From IMG/VR virus record IMGVR_UViG_3300008223_000001, positions 1 to 56,960 of that record: 56,960 nucleotides of DNA; one strand, 5' to 3'. Positions 8,523 to 16,192 of this stretch are shown piece by piece; the first letter of the stretch is position 1; every line of letters starts with the position of its first letter. The translations under genes were made by a program, and so were the position numbers. This stretch comes from a virus. Below the pieces are notes generated by a model. That model did not search any database, had not been told where the DNA came from, and saw only the letters and a program-made list of their open reading frames with translations.

Positions 8523-9029
8523 CTAGTCCTCTATTAATGCATTGTCGATAATTTGTTTTAGTTGCCTTAATACGTGGCGATATTTTTCACCGTCGGCGGC
8601 GATCTTACCAAGTGAATTCATGGCCATTTCTAAATCGTGACTGGGTTTATAGGCAGGGTAAGATGATTGCCCTTGCTCAGCATGTACAAGCGTTGCTTCG
8701 ATAGGTTTTGCTTTAGGTTTTGCTTTAGGTTTTTTTATTGATACGGCTTTTTTAGTAGGCGCGCTGGGCTCCATTAGTTTGAATAACACCCCTGCCCCGT
8801 CTGGATTTTTTTTCTTATCTAATTTACCGGCGTTAAATAACACACCAAGTGGCGTGATATTTTTCAACTTTTCGCCGCCAAGGTGTTCGGCTACCTGTTT
8901 ACTGTTATACCACTCGCTGGGATTTGCTTTAAAAAACGCAAGGAGGGTTCCAGCAGAATTTGGTGATTCAATTTTCATGATTATTATTCCTAAGTTAATG
9001 TTGTTTTTATACGCTAATGTAGTGAGCAC
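8523..9029 (-). CDS. Hypothetical protein, possible winged helix, with a KPKAKPKAKP linker
   Basis: The ORF starts at GTG 9029, or alternatively at ATG 8978 (MKIESP...). Confidence 0.45.
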   Translation of the reverse strand: MLTTLAYKNNINLGIIIMKIESPNSAGTLLAFFKANPSEWYNSKQVAEHLGGEKLKNITPLGVLFNAGKLDKKKNPDGAGVLFKLMEPSAPTKKAVSIKKPKAKPKAKPIEATLVHAEQGQSSYPAYKPSHDLEMAMNSLGKIAADGEKYRHVLRQLKQIIDNALIED

Positions 9030-9376
9030 TAGCCTTTATGATTTGCAACGATATATTTGGGGTCGGGCAATTCAACCAAATTCCCAAACATGCCTTTATT
9101 GACGGTTCCCTCCCAGCCCGTGAGTGACGAGATCACATCCCGCTCCCATGATCCTGGTCTACGAGTACCGGTCGCCAATGACGCCGCCACATCTTCAAGC
9201 AAGCGACTAACTAAGGGGGCAAAATGATCATCCTTTTTATTAAAGCCCTTAGTTAGCGCTTCATTTTTTCTATCGTTTGGGTATTTCTCACAATTCAAAC
9301 CAAACGCCAGTACTTCTAGATATTGAAAGGTGTGCTCGCTTATATTCAAAACTAGCTTTCTATTTTTTTCGCTCAT
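9029..9376 (-). CDS. Hypothetical protein
   Basis: 115-aa ORF. Confidence 0.45.
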   Translation of the reverse strand: MSEKNRKLVLNISEHTFQYLEVLAFGLNCEKYPNDRKNEALTKGFNKKDDHFAPLVSRLLEDVAASLATGTRRPGSWERDVISSLTGWEGTVNKGMFGNLVELPDPKYIVANHKG

Positions 9377-9388
9377 CGAAATGTCATC

Positions 9389-10018
9389 CTATTTTGTAGT
9401 ACGTTTTTTTCCACATTTAGAGCATGTGGAGTTAATGCCGTGCTGGTTTCTGCGCGGTTTTGACCATTTATGAACACAAAGCAATTCACGTAGTGCTTTT
9501 TCTCGCTTAGCCTGCAAGTTTGGCTTTCGCCCAGCCGGTTGACCATTCTTTGGCGGCGTGTAGCGTTTTCCACACGTCATGTGACCGCAAACTTCATCCA
9601 ATAAGTCGTGGTCTAGACAGTACTGATATGCGCTACCACACCCCTTGTGAAACTGACCTCTGTGTTGATACTTTTTTGCTTCAAGCGTGACCAACTCCGG
9701 CGTCCAATATATGTTCTTTCTCATGTGAGAACACACCTCACTCAAGATGCCGTTGCGCGAACAATGCTGATAAGCTCTGTGGCTCCCTATTTTGAAATCT
9801 TTTTTACACTTATATTTCTTGGCTTCTTTACTTGCGAGAGCGTAGTTCCAAATCGTATTGCCCGTCATGTGCTGACACGCATCATCGAGTAAAAACCTTT
9901 TGCTCAGGTATCGCCATGATCCTGAATGCTTTATAGCGAACTCCGTTCGTGTCGTGCATTTCTTAGCCTCTGCGAGCGCTATTTCCATCGTGATACGTCG
10001 GCGTTTTTTAACTGTCAT
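9389..10018 (-). CDS. Protein built from three tandem modules of about 38 aa
   Basis: The three modules are:
- AEAKKCTTRTEFAIKHSGSWRYLSKRFLLDDACQHM
- KEAKKYKCKKDFKIGSHRAYQHCSRNGILSEVCSHM
- LEAKKYQHRGQFHKGCGSAYQYCLDHDLLDEVCGHM. Confidence 0.6.
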   Translation of the reverse strand: MTVKKRRRITMEIALAEAKKCTTRTEFAIKHSGSWRYLSKRFLLDDACQHMTGNTIWNYALASKEAKKYKCKKDFKIGSHRAYQHCSRNGILSEVCSHMRKNIYWTPELVTLEAKKYQHRGQFHKGCGSAYQYCLDHDLLDEVCGHMTCGKRYTPPKNGQPAGRKPNLQAKREKALRELLCVHKWSKPRRNQHGINSTCSKCGKKRTTK

Positions 10019-10037
10019 AAGATTTTAACCACTTCAG

Positions 10038-10099
10038 TTTGTAGTGTGTTTTTGTATGTATATTTGCGGTACATTTTGCACTACAAAACAAACTACAAA
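10038..10099. repeat. TTTGTAGTG / CACTACAAA inverted repeat plus an extra ACTACAAA (candidate centromere, left cluster)
   Basis: tttgtagtg at 10038-10046, cactacaaa at 10079-10087, actacaaa at 10092-10099. It lies immediately 3' of the par operon. Confidence 0.45.
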
Positions 10100-10383
10100 A
10101 GTGTTTTAATCTCCTTGATTAGCCGCTCATCTGTTGCTTTTGATCCGATCGAAATCAGCGCACGAATAACGGTTGTTTCTGATATTTTTCTACCGGTCGC
10201 CTTTCTTAGCCGCATAACCATAATGGTTAGTTGGGCTTTGTCGTCAGGCTGTAGACGAAACGACGTAGGCTTGACCGCGCCTGTTTTGACAGGCTTAGGT
10301 TCTGACGTTGGCGAGTCAGAGGTTTGTTTGTCCTCAATGTGCTGAGTTAGCTTTGACTTAATAACGCGTTTAGAAGCTGGCAT
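10093..10383 (-). CDS. Small partition-partner / centromere-binding protein (RHH-like)
   Basis: 96 aa, overlapping the 3' end of parA by 14 nt. Basic, flexible N-terminus, then SFRLQPDDKAQLTIMVMRL, which resembles a ribbon-helix-helix. Confidence 0.5.
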   Translation of the reverse strand: MPASKRVIKSKLTQHIEDKQTSDSPTSEPKPVKTGAVKPTSFRLQPDDKAQLTIMVMRLRKATGRKISETTVIRALISIGSKATDERLIKEIKTLL

Positions 10384-11134
10384 TTAGCACCTCTTTAGAT
10401 AATGACTTGAACTGCTTTGCGCATTTACTATGAGGCATATATTTCGCGATCGGCAATTGCTCGCGTTTGCTATCTTTCATATAAACTGTGGCGGATATTG
10501 TTGTCTTGGCTACCCGTTCTCTTATCACCTCAAGCTCTTGATCGTTTACCTTATTTAACCGGCGTTGTCGGCCGTCAACCATGCTTTGCACAACCATGTA
10601 ATTGATATCATCGGTTTCTTTGACCTCTTCAATTTTCTTCAAAAGAAAAGCGATGCCATTGATTGCATCTGAACCCCCTTCTACGGGAATAATAAAGTCA
10701 TCGGAGGCAAAGGCGGCGATCTCTCCGAGAGTCCCCAGTGACGGGGGGCAGTCGATGATAACGTGGTCGAATTGATTCTTGAGAGGTTTAAGCAGATTCG
10801 CGAGGCGCTTCTCTTTATGTAACGACACGGATAATTGCGGCACAAGCGTCGCCAAGTAGTGAGAACCAGGCACTATAAAAAGGTTCTTATATTCTTCCCC
10901 TTCTGGACTGGTCGCGGGAACTATCAGTTTCGTTAGATCGTAACGAGCATTTAGAAGCGCTTCACTGATGTTAGGCGCGTCATCCGATACATAGACGTCA
11001 CTGCCGTTTCTTTGCTCATCCAAATCAACCAATAGGGTACGCTTGTCAGCTAATGCCAACTCGTAGCAGAGGTTGTAGGCAACCGCCGTTTTACCAACCC
11101 CACCCTTATTATTAAATATTGCTGTGACTCTCAT
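10370..11134 (-). CDS. parA: ParA/Soj-type partition ATPase
   Basis: Deviant Walker A: MRVTAIFNNKGGVGKTAVA. Also VIIDCPPSLG. Confidence 0.9.
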   Translation of the reverse strand: MRVTAIFNNKGGVGKTAVAYNLCYELALADKRTLLVDLDEQRNGSDVYVSDDAPNISEALLNARYDLTKLIVPATSPEGEEYKNLFIVPGSHYLATLVPQLSVSLHKEKRLANLLKPLKNQFDHVIIDCPPSLGTLGEIAAFASDDFIIPVEGGSDAINGIAFLLKKIEEVKETDDINYMVVQSMVDGRQRRLNKVNDQELEVIRERVAKTTISATVYMKDSKREQLPIAKYMPHSKCAKQFKSLSKEVLNASF

Positions 11135-11148
11135 CTTTTCTATATCCC

Positions 11149-11259
11149 TTTTGTAGCGTTAATTTACACTACAAAATATAGTCGTTATGTAGCGCAAATA
11201 CAAGCTAAGCTTATAGCGCGCATTGTAATGCACTTTATAGTGCATAAACTAACTACAAA
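11149..11259. repeat. Cluster of TTTGTAGCG / CACTACAAA / TTATAGYG motifs upstream of parA (candidate centromere and operator, right cluster)
   Basis: ttttgtagcg at 11149, cactacaaa at 11167-11175, ttatgtagcg at 11185, ttatagcgcg at 11211, tttatagtg at 11234, actacaaa at 11252. Confidence 0.45.
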
Positions 11260-11459
11260 TCTAACGTTTTATAATGCTTGATAGTTAGCGTGTATACGGA
11301 GATATAGACGAATAGGCCGAGATTAATCAGCCATAGTCCTTCATTCAGTTTACCTTCAATCCATGTCGAGCCGGAGAGCAGGTAAGGGGAGGTGATTGCG
11401 TTGTGACAACCACTGCTTAGCAGTGGCAATAAAAATATAAAGATCCTGTTGTGCTTCAT
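11253..11459 (-). CDS. Small putative lipoprotein / membrane protein
   Basis: MKHNRIFIFLLPLLSSGC has a signal-like N-terminus with Cys. C-terminal hydrophobic helix GLWLINLGLFVYISVYTLTI. Confidence 0.4.
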   Translation of the reverse strand: MKHNRIFIFLLPLLSSGCHNAITSPYLLSGSTWIEGKLNEGLWLINLGLFVYISVYTLTIKHYKTLDL

Positions 11460-11474
11460 CCTGTTTTTCTCTTC

Positions 11475-11732
11475 TTAGTTTTTGTATTTAGTGGTCGCGT
11501 AGGTTATTTTTTGAATGATGCTACCAAACACTTGTTTCTGAATGTCTTTGTCCAACCGATAGAAGTAGGCCGGCAGGTCATAGCTGTAATCTTTTACGCT
11601 GATCATCTGAAGATCGTCCTCGTCTGTGTCGGTAGGCCGATACGTCATATTCATAAAATACGCCCTGATAACGCCATCGCGACACGACCATTGCGTGTTC
11701 GTCTTCAGTCGTAGCAACGTGTAAGTGGTCAT
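11475..11732 (-). CDS. Hypothetical protein
   Basis: 85-aa ORF with a 4-nt overlap to the upstream gene. Confidence 0.45.
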   Translation of the reverse strand: MTTYTLLRLKTNTQWSCRDGVIRAYFMNMTYRPTDTDEDDLQMISVKDYSYDLPAYFYRLDKDIQKQVFGSIIQKITYATTKYKN

Positions 11733-12109
11733 GCAAAATTACCTTTGGGCAGTTGAGGGTGAGTACGCTTGGTGAATATTTCAAAGTTTTGAGTTGAGCG
11801 CCATTCTTTCACGCCCTCTGATTTATCTTCATAGATCGCGCTACACGCAGAGCTTTTTTTTGCGCAGTAAAAGATGGCGTTTGTGGGGTAACCAAGACCG
11901 TATAAATGCGAGGCCAACAGGCTCAGCGTATCAGACATAAACATAGTGCTAATCGATGTCGGGACATAATCCACATGCCGATACAACCAAGCGGCCTCTC
12001 TACTTTCTTCAGCCAAACGCCTATATCCTCTTGGACGATCCAGCGCCTCATCCTGCTGCGCTTGGCGATACGTACCGTGGGATGTGGAATCAGTGGCGGT
12101 GAATCTCAC
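11729..12109 (-). CDS. Hypothetical protein
   Basis: 126-aa ORF. Confidence 0.45.
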   Translation of the reverse strand: MRFTATDSTSHGTYRQAQQDEALDRPRGYRRLAEESREAAWLYRHVDYVPTSISTMFMSDTLSLLASHLYGLGYPTNAIFYCAKKSSACSAIYEDKSEGVKEWRSTQNFEIFTKRTHPQLPKGNFA

Positions 12110-12111
12110 GG

Positions 12112-12306
12112 TTAACCCGCGTCCTGTTCAGCGAATATACGCGCTTCATAAACTTCGGTGCGATCAATTTTTATATGTCTTGGCGCATCAATACCAATTT
12201 TGCCCTCGCGTCCGCTGTCATCCATTCCTAAGAAACAAATCAAAATCTCAGCACCACCGGCCTGAATCATGAACGACTGGTCTTCTTTACGGCGTAGTAT
12301 CAGCAT
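12112..12306 (-). CDS. csrA: CsrA/RsmA-family RNA-binding regulator homologue
   Basis: MLILRRKEDQSFMI ... KIGIDAPRHIKIDRTEVYE aligns with E. coli CsrA (MLILTRRVGETLMI ... RIGVNAPKEVSVHREEIYQ). There is a 5-aa insertion in the middle loop. Confidence 0.75.
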   Translation of the reverse strand: MLILRRKEDQSFMIQAGGAEILICFLGMDDSGREGKIGIDAPRHIKIDRTEVYEARIFAEQDAG

Positions 12307-12314
12307 TATCGGCC

Positions 12315-12809
12315 TCAGTATCTAATGGATTGTTTGCCATCAATTAAGCTGGCATGTTCAATGTACTCGCCAAGGTTGAGCGCTTCTTTGAGCCCTTTCT
12401 TGTCGACCGTGGTGGTGGTTTTTGTATTCTGATAGCGCTTAGGCAGGGTATGGATATGTTTTTCAGATATGTAAACGACCTTGGTAGGCTTCTTTAGCGT
12501 GACTGGAAAAATAGCATGATCCACTTTGCGCTTCTGGATCGCTTCCATCCCTGCAATCATGTAACTTTCAATATTCACAATTTTGTTGGTCAGGGTTTTC
12601 TTTCGCTTGTCGAGGTGATCCCCCGCTTCAACTACCGCTGTTAGTTCAGCCTTTAGACTTCGGGCAACATAGGCACAGGCAATTATTTTATCGTCAAACG
12701 AGGCATCAATCGCGGCTAATGAATCGGCGATTTCCTCCGCCGTCATACCACAACTGCTTAGATCGTCATAAGCGGCGCGATGCTCTTTGGCTATCTCGAA
12801 TAAGTGCAT
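12315..12809 (-). CDS. Siphovirus Gp157-family protein
   Basis: 164 aa. The N-terminal helical part (LFEIAKEHRAAYDDL...EEIADSLAAIDASFDDK), the coiled coil, and the C-terminal ...DKKGLKEAL...SLIDGKQSIRY match the Gp157 pattern. Confidence 0.65.
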   Translation of the reverse strand: MHLFEIAKEHRAAYDDLSSCGMTAEEIADSLAAIDASFDDKIIACAYVARSLKAELTAVVEAGDHLDKRKKTLTNKIVNIESYMIAGMEAIQKRKVDHAIFPVTLKKPTKVVYISEKHIHTLPKRYQNTKTTTTVDKKGLKEALNLGEYIEHASLIDGKQSIRY

Positions 12810-12811
12810 GA

Positions 12812-13558
12812 CTAGATAGACTCCAAGTCAAAAACATGGGCATCGAAAGCTTGAGTGATGCGGTTTTGCAGGAAGGGATCAAAACATTGCGTTAAAAGCT
12901 GTTTGTAGACTAGGTTTGTCGCCTCCACCGTGGGCAACGTTTTCATGCTGGCGATTTGCTCATCGGCCCAGTCGGCATCATGAGGCTTATCATTAGTGAT
13001 TGACTTGGCGTTTTCAGCAGAGGAGAGCGCTTGAAACTCAGGTTTCTTTATTTCGGACAGGTAGATATCAGCATTACAGCCCAGCATCGAGGAAGCATTT
13101 TTAATTGCACCAAAAAGAGCATTACGATAGGCATTGCGAGTGGTTGTCATCTTGTCATCGCTTATGCCGAGTAGCGAGCACTCACCGAAACAGTCGAAAT
13201 CAGCACGAACGCCGTCGCTAGTCTTGTACCAAAACATGATCTCGATAGTCAGAATTTCATGATTAAGCGTATCATCATTAAACCCCTGACTTAATTCACA
13301 CCCTTTGCGGCTTGATTGCTCATTGATCACATAACCCCAGCCTTGGCCAATCGGGCCAAACGCTTCAGTTAATTTTAAGAAGGGTTGATATTGGTTAATG
13401 CCCGTTAGGTTTGATTTACCAGCCCTTTCGATCACCGAGGTATGCTTTACTTCAAAGCTTTTGAGTTGATCCCAAAGCGCTAAATTGCTTTCGTTTGCCT
13501 CCGCTTGCATAAAAATAAACCCGCTCATGTTTTTATTGAGCACGGACTCTAGCACCAA
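12812..13558 (-). CDS. Putative Rad52-superfamily single-strand annealing protein
   Basis: KLTEAFGPIGQGWGY resembles the Rad52/Sak-type 'L-x-E-x-F-G-P-x-G-W' core. It is adjacent to Gp157, a common pairing. The start is uncertain: GTG 13558, ATG 13528 or ATG 13510. Confidence 0.45.
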   Translation of the reverse strand: MVLESVLNKNMSGFIFMQAEANESNLALWDQLKSFEVKHTSVIERAGKSNLTGINQYQPFLKLTEAFGPIGQGWGYVINEQSSRKGCELSQGFNDDTLNHEILTIEIMFWYKTSDGVRADFDCFGECSLLGISDDKMTTTRNAYRNALFGAIKNASSMLGCNADIYLSEIKKPEFQALSSAENAKSITNDKPHDADWADEQIASMKTLPTVEATNLVYKQLLTQCFDPFLQNRITQAFDAHVFDLESI

Positions 13559-13562
13559 AAAG

Positions 13563-13622
13563 AGTATTTAACAAAGCGCAAGGAGCTATTTGCTTTTTAT
13601 ACAAAGCGGGTAGAGCTATTTA
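13563..13622. repeat. Two tandem 30-bp units
   Basis: caaagcgcaaggagctatttgctttttata followed by caaagcgggtagagctatttattttttatc. Located between the repressor gene's 3' end and the downstream operon. Confidence 0.8.
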
Positions 13623-13642
13623 TTTTTTATCTAAGGGTAGGT

Positions 13643-14140
13643 TTATTCGACTTGTTCCGACATCGCGACGGTCAAAAAGGATTTAACGAGTGCGATATTA
13701 ACTTTTTTGCTGCGTTGACACAGTTTATAAACTTGCACAATAACGCGCGCTTTGGATTCAGGCGGGCAGATACTGTCGTCTTCAGCCAGTATCTTATCAA
13801 TCATAATCATAACGTCGGTTAGAAACGCAAAGTCAGGCACAGCGTGGACTCTGTTCTGATTGTCACTACGAAACATATCGCCTTTACCGGTGAATAGGTA
13901 ATCGATACTCGCGTTAAATTCATCACAAATTTTCAACAAAAGCGGCATGGCGGGGGTGGCTCCGGCATTAAACCATTTGGTAATGCCGCCCTGTGAGGTT
14001 TTAAAATCTTTTTCTAACTTGGTCTGACGCCCGTCTCCATGCTTTGGGTAGTTTGGAATAGCGTCTAGAAGCGCACTAAAATTATGCGCAAACTGTTGGC
14101 GCACATAGGTCTTATCAATTACCGTCATAGTTGTTGTCAT
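13643..14140 (-). CDS. CI-like XRE-family repressor (no S24 peptidase domain seen)
   Basis: HTH: KLEKDFKTSQGGITKWFNAGATPAMPLLLKICDEFNASIDYLFTG. It is divergent from the plus-strand early operon. Confidence 0.7.
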   Translation of the reverse strand: MTTTMTVIDKTYVRQQFAHNFSALLDAIPNYPKHGDGRQTKLEKDFKTSQGGITKWFNAGATPAMPLLLKICDEFNASIDYLFTGKGDMFRSDNQNRVHAVPDFAFLTDVMIMIDKILAEDDSICPPESKARVIVQVYKLCQRSKKVNIALVKSFLTVAMSEQVE

Positions 14141-14336
14141 CCTAGTATTGACCCCTTTGGCTCTTACCTGAGCCTCTAATTTAAAGGGTCTTAATACCGC
14201 ACATAATAATACCTAAATCACAATAAATCAAAAATGCGTGATTATTAGACACTTGATAAAAATACTAATCGCTTTATTATTGACAATCTTTTTAGAGCTA
14301 TTACGCCAAAAAGATACTAATAAACATAGGATTATC
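14141..14336. promoter_or_regulatory. Divergent early control region
   Basis: 196-bp AT-rich gap between divergent genes. It contains TTGACC, TTGATA and TTGACA hexamers and a repeated ATACTAAT. Promoters and operators were not mapped. Confidence 0.5.
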
Positions 14337-15413
14337 ATGGTTTCTGATGCCCACTACACATCAAATGTTATCCCGCTCTACGCAAACGATGAGGGAATAA
14401 ATTACATCCGTTCATTAGTCACGACGCTGAATGCCTTAACACAGTGCAGCTTATCGGATCGTTGCCATCGAATTTTTAATGTCGTGCTGACGCGCTCATT
14501 CGCTAACGAAAAAGCCTACACCACACTCAGTACCCGCGAAATCGCCGCCGCCATCAACTACACCGGTGCCTTAACCCACATTCGCAGTGATTTACGCCGC
14601 CTTGAGGATCAAAACCTCATACTCCGGCATGGTGTAAACATCTATCCAAACCCTCATTGTGAGGAGTGGATAAACGACCAAACAGACAGAAATCAGTCCG
14701 TTTCAAGTAAAAATACGGACAAATGGGCCAGAAAGATCACGAAGAACAAAGGCTTAAGAAAAAGTAAGGGGAGTAAAAGCAAAGGTAAGCAGACAGAAAA
14801 GCGTCCGCAAACAGACAGAAAAACGGCCTCAAAATCGGACAGTACTGTAGAGTCTTTTAATAATACAGAGTCTTTATTGTCAGATACCCAAAAACCTCCC
14901 GAAAAAATTCCTGAAAAAGCCCCCGCACCAAAGCTTGAACCCGACGACGATCGATACATTGTGTCACCCAGTGGCCACAAGTGGGGAAATGAGCACGATG
15001 TCATGCTCGCAAAACATATCTATCAGCGCGTCAATGAACGTCGTGAGATTAGCTTACCCCACTGGTATAACTGGGCGAATGAAATCCGGCTTACGCGTGA
15101 ACAAGATGGTCGAGACCCGCGACATATTCGCGCACTCTTTGATTATGCGATGGATCATTCGTGGTGGCGGGATGCGATCGAAGGGCCAGCAAGCTTGAGA
15201 AAGAACTGGCGTAAGTTGGGGCTCGCACGTCAAAAAGAGCGCAATAGCGGCAGAGAACCTGAAACTAGGCCATCCGGCACCGGTAACGCCAGTCTGGATA
15301 AGATCAAACAAGAAAACAAAGCAATGCACAAGAATCATCTGAAGGGCAAAGGGGCAGGGAACGCAGCATTAAGCGAACTATTGGGTAGAGGCCGACCGGC
15401 AAAGAATGAATAA
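14337..15413 (+). CDS. Putative replication/origin-organising protein with a winged-helix N-terminus
   Basis: It is the first gene of the rightward early operon. It has a Lys-rich linker and a Trp-rich C-terminal region (WYNWANEIRLTREQDGRDPRHIRALFDYAMDHSWWRDAIEGPASLRKNW). ATG 14337 is preferred over the track start at 14238. Confidence 0.3.
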   Translation: MVSDAHYTSNVIPLYANDEGINYIRSLVTTLNALTQCSLSDRCHRIFNVVLTRSFANEKAYTTLSTREIAAAINYTGALTHIRSDLRRLEDQNLILRHGVNIYPNPHCEEWINDQTDRNQSVSSKNTDKWARKITKNKGLRKSKGSKSKGKQTEKRPQTDRKTASKSDSTVESFNNTESLLSDTQKPPEKIPEKAPAPKLEPDDDRYIVSPSGHKWGNEHDVMLAKHIYQRVNERREISLPHWYNWANEIRLTREQDGRDPRHIRALFDYAMDHSWWRDAIEGPASLRKNWRKLGLARQKERNSGREPETRPSGTGNASLDKIKQENKAMHKNHLKGKGAGNAALSELLGRGRPAKNE

Positions 15414-15852
15414 AATCGTATTACACCAAGAAGCTGATCGTAGTCGATTAATTAGCTTTATCTTAGCGCTTGAATTGAATGTGAAGACTGCAATTGAATT
15501 CGCTTGGAAGGACTTCAAACGAAGACGATCAAACAGTGCAAACGGTTTGTATTTTACATGGATGGGGATTTTGGCTATTTATTTTACCCGTGAAACACAT
15601 ACGTTTCATAAAGATCAAATGCACCGAATGATGAGACATTTATTTTTGGGCTATGAAGGGGATTTAAAAATGGGCCGCACCACAATCAAAGGCGATCTTA
15701 AATCGACCAAAGGCATGGAGACATTACCTTTCTGTTTTTACATGAACAAAGTTGATATGTGGGCCGCCGAACGAGGCTGCCTGCTACCAAGACCAGAAGA
15801 CAATAAATACACCGAATATGTTGAAAGGAATTGTGATGGCGCTGAAGGGTAA
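15406..15852 (+). CDS. NinB/Orf-like recombination protein
   Basis: The layout RRRSNSANGLYFTWMGILA ... STKGMETLPFCFYMNKVDMWAAERGCLLP parallels lambda NinB (RSLDQNRKLWA ... STSRM..EF...I..FG.E.GV). Confidence 0.45.
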   Translation: MNKIVLHQEADRSRLISFILALELNVKTAIEFAWKDFKRRRSNSANGLYFTWMGILAIYFTRETHTFHKDQMHRMMRHLFLGYEGDLKMGRTTIKGDLKSTKGMETLPFCFYMNKVDMWAAERGCLLPRPEDNKYTEYVERNCDGAEG

Positions 15853-16192
15853 AACACCAAGAAAGGCTGAAAAAGAATGGCTCGCTGCAATCTGCGACCT
15901 TGGATGCATTGTTTGTTTACGAGAATTTGAACTCGATAGTTTGGCCTGCCCTCATCACATTGATGGCAAAACAAAACCGGACGCGCATTACATGACCATC
16001 CCCCTGTGTGGTAATCACCACCAAGGCGGTATGGATACAGCCGAATGCACGTCTCGTCATCCCTACAAATTCAGATTTGAGGAACGTTACGGCACTGAAC
16101 TTGAGCTTTGGGACGACTGCAACGAACGCCTTGAATTTTTTATCACTGGAGAGCTGTATGACGAATGCGCAAGACGAATTGGCAACGCCTAA
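15836..16192 (+). CDS. Ref-like / HNH-type recombination-enhancement nuclease
   Basis: KEWLAAICDLGCIVC...CPHHIDGKTK...IPLCGNHHQGG. The internal ATG at 15836 overlaps the upstream stop. Confidence 0.5.
   Translation: MALKGKTPRKAEKEWLAAICDLGCIVCLREFELDSLACPHHIDGKTKPDAHYMTIPLCGNHHQGGMDTAECTSRHPYKFRFEERYGTELELWDDCNERLEFFITGELYDECARRIGNA

Noticed and set aside
9373-10345. Track ORFs 9373..9573(-), 9647..9892(+) and 9926..10345(+).
   Set aside because: They overlap, in frame or antisense, the better-supported genes 9389..10018 and 10093..10383. Their composition is hydrophobic or low-complexity, typical of shadow ORFs.
14238-14336. Track start (GTG 14238) giving a hydrophobic 33-aa N-terminal extension on the first rightward early gene.
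   Set aside because: The extension lies in the AT-rich divergent control region and reads like translated promoter DNA. ATG 14337 is the more plausible start.
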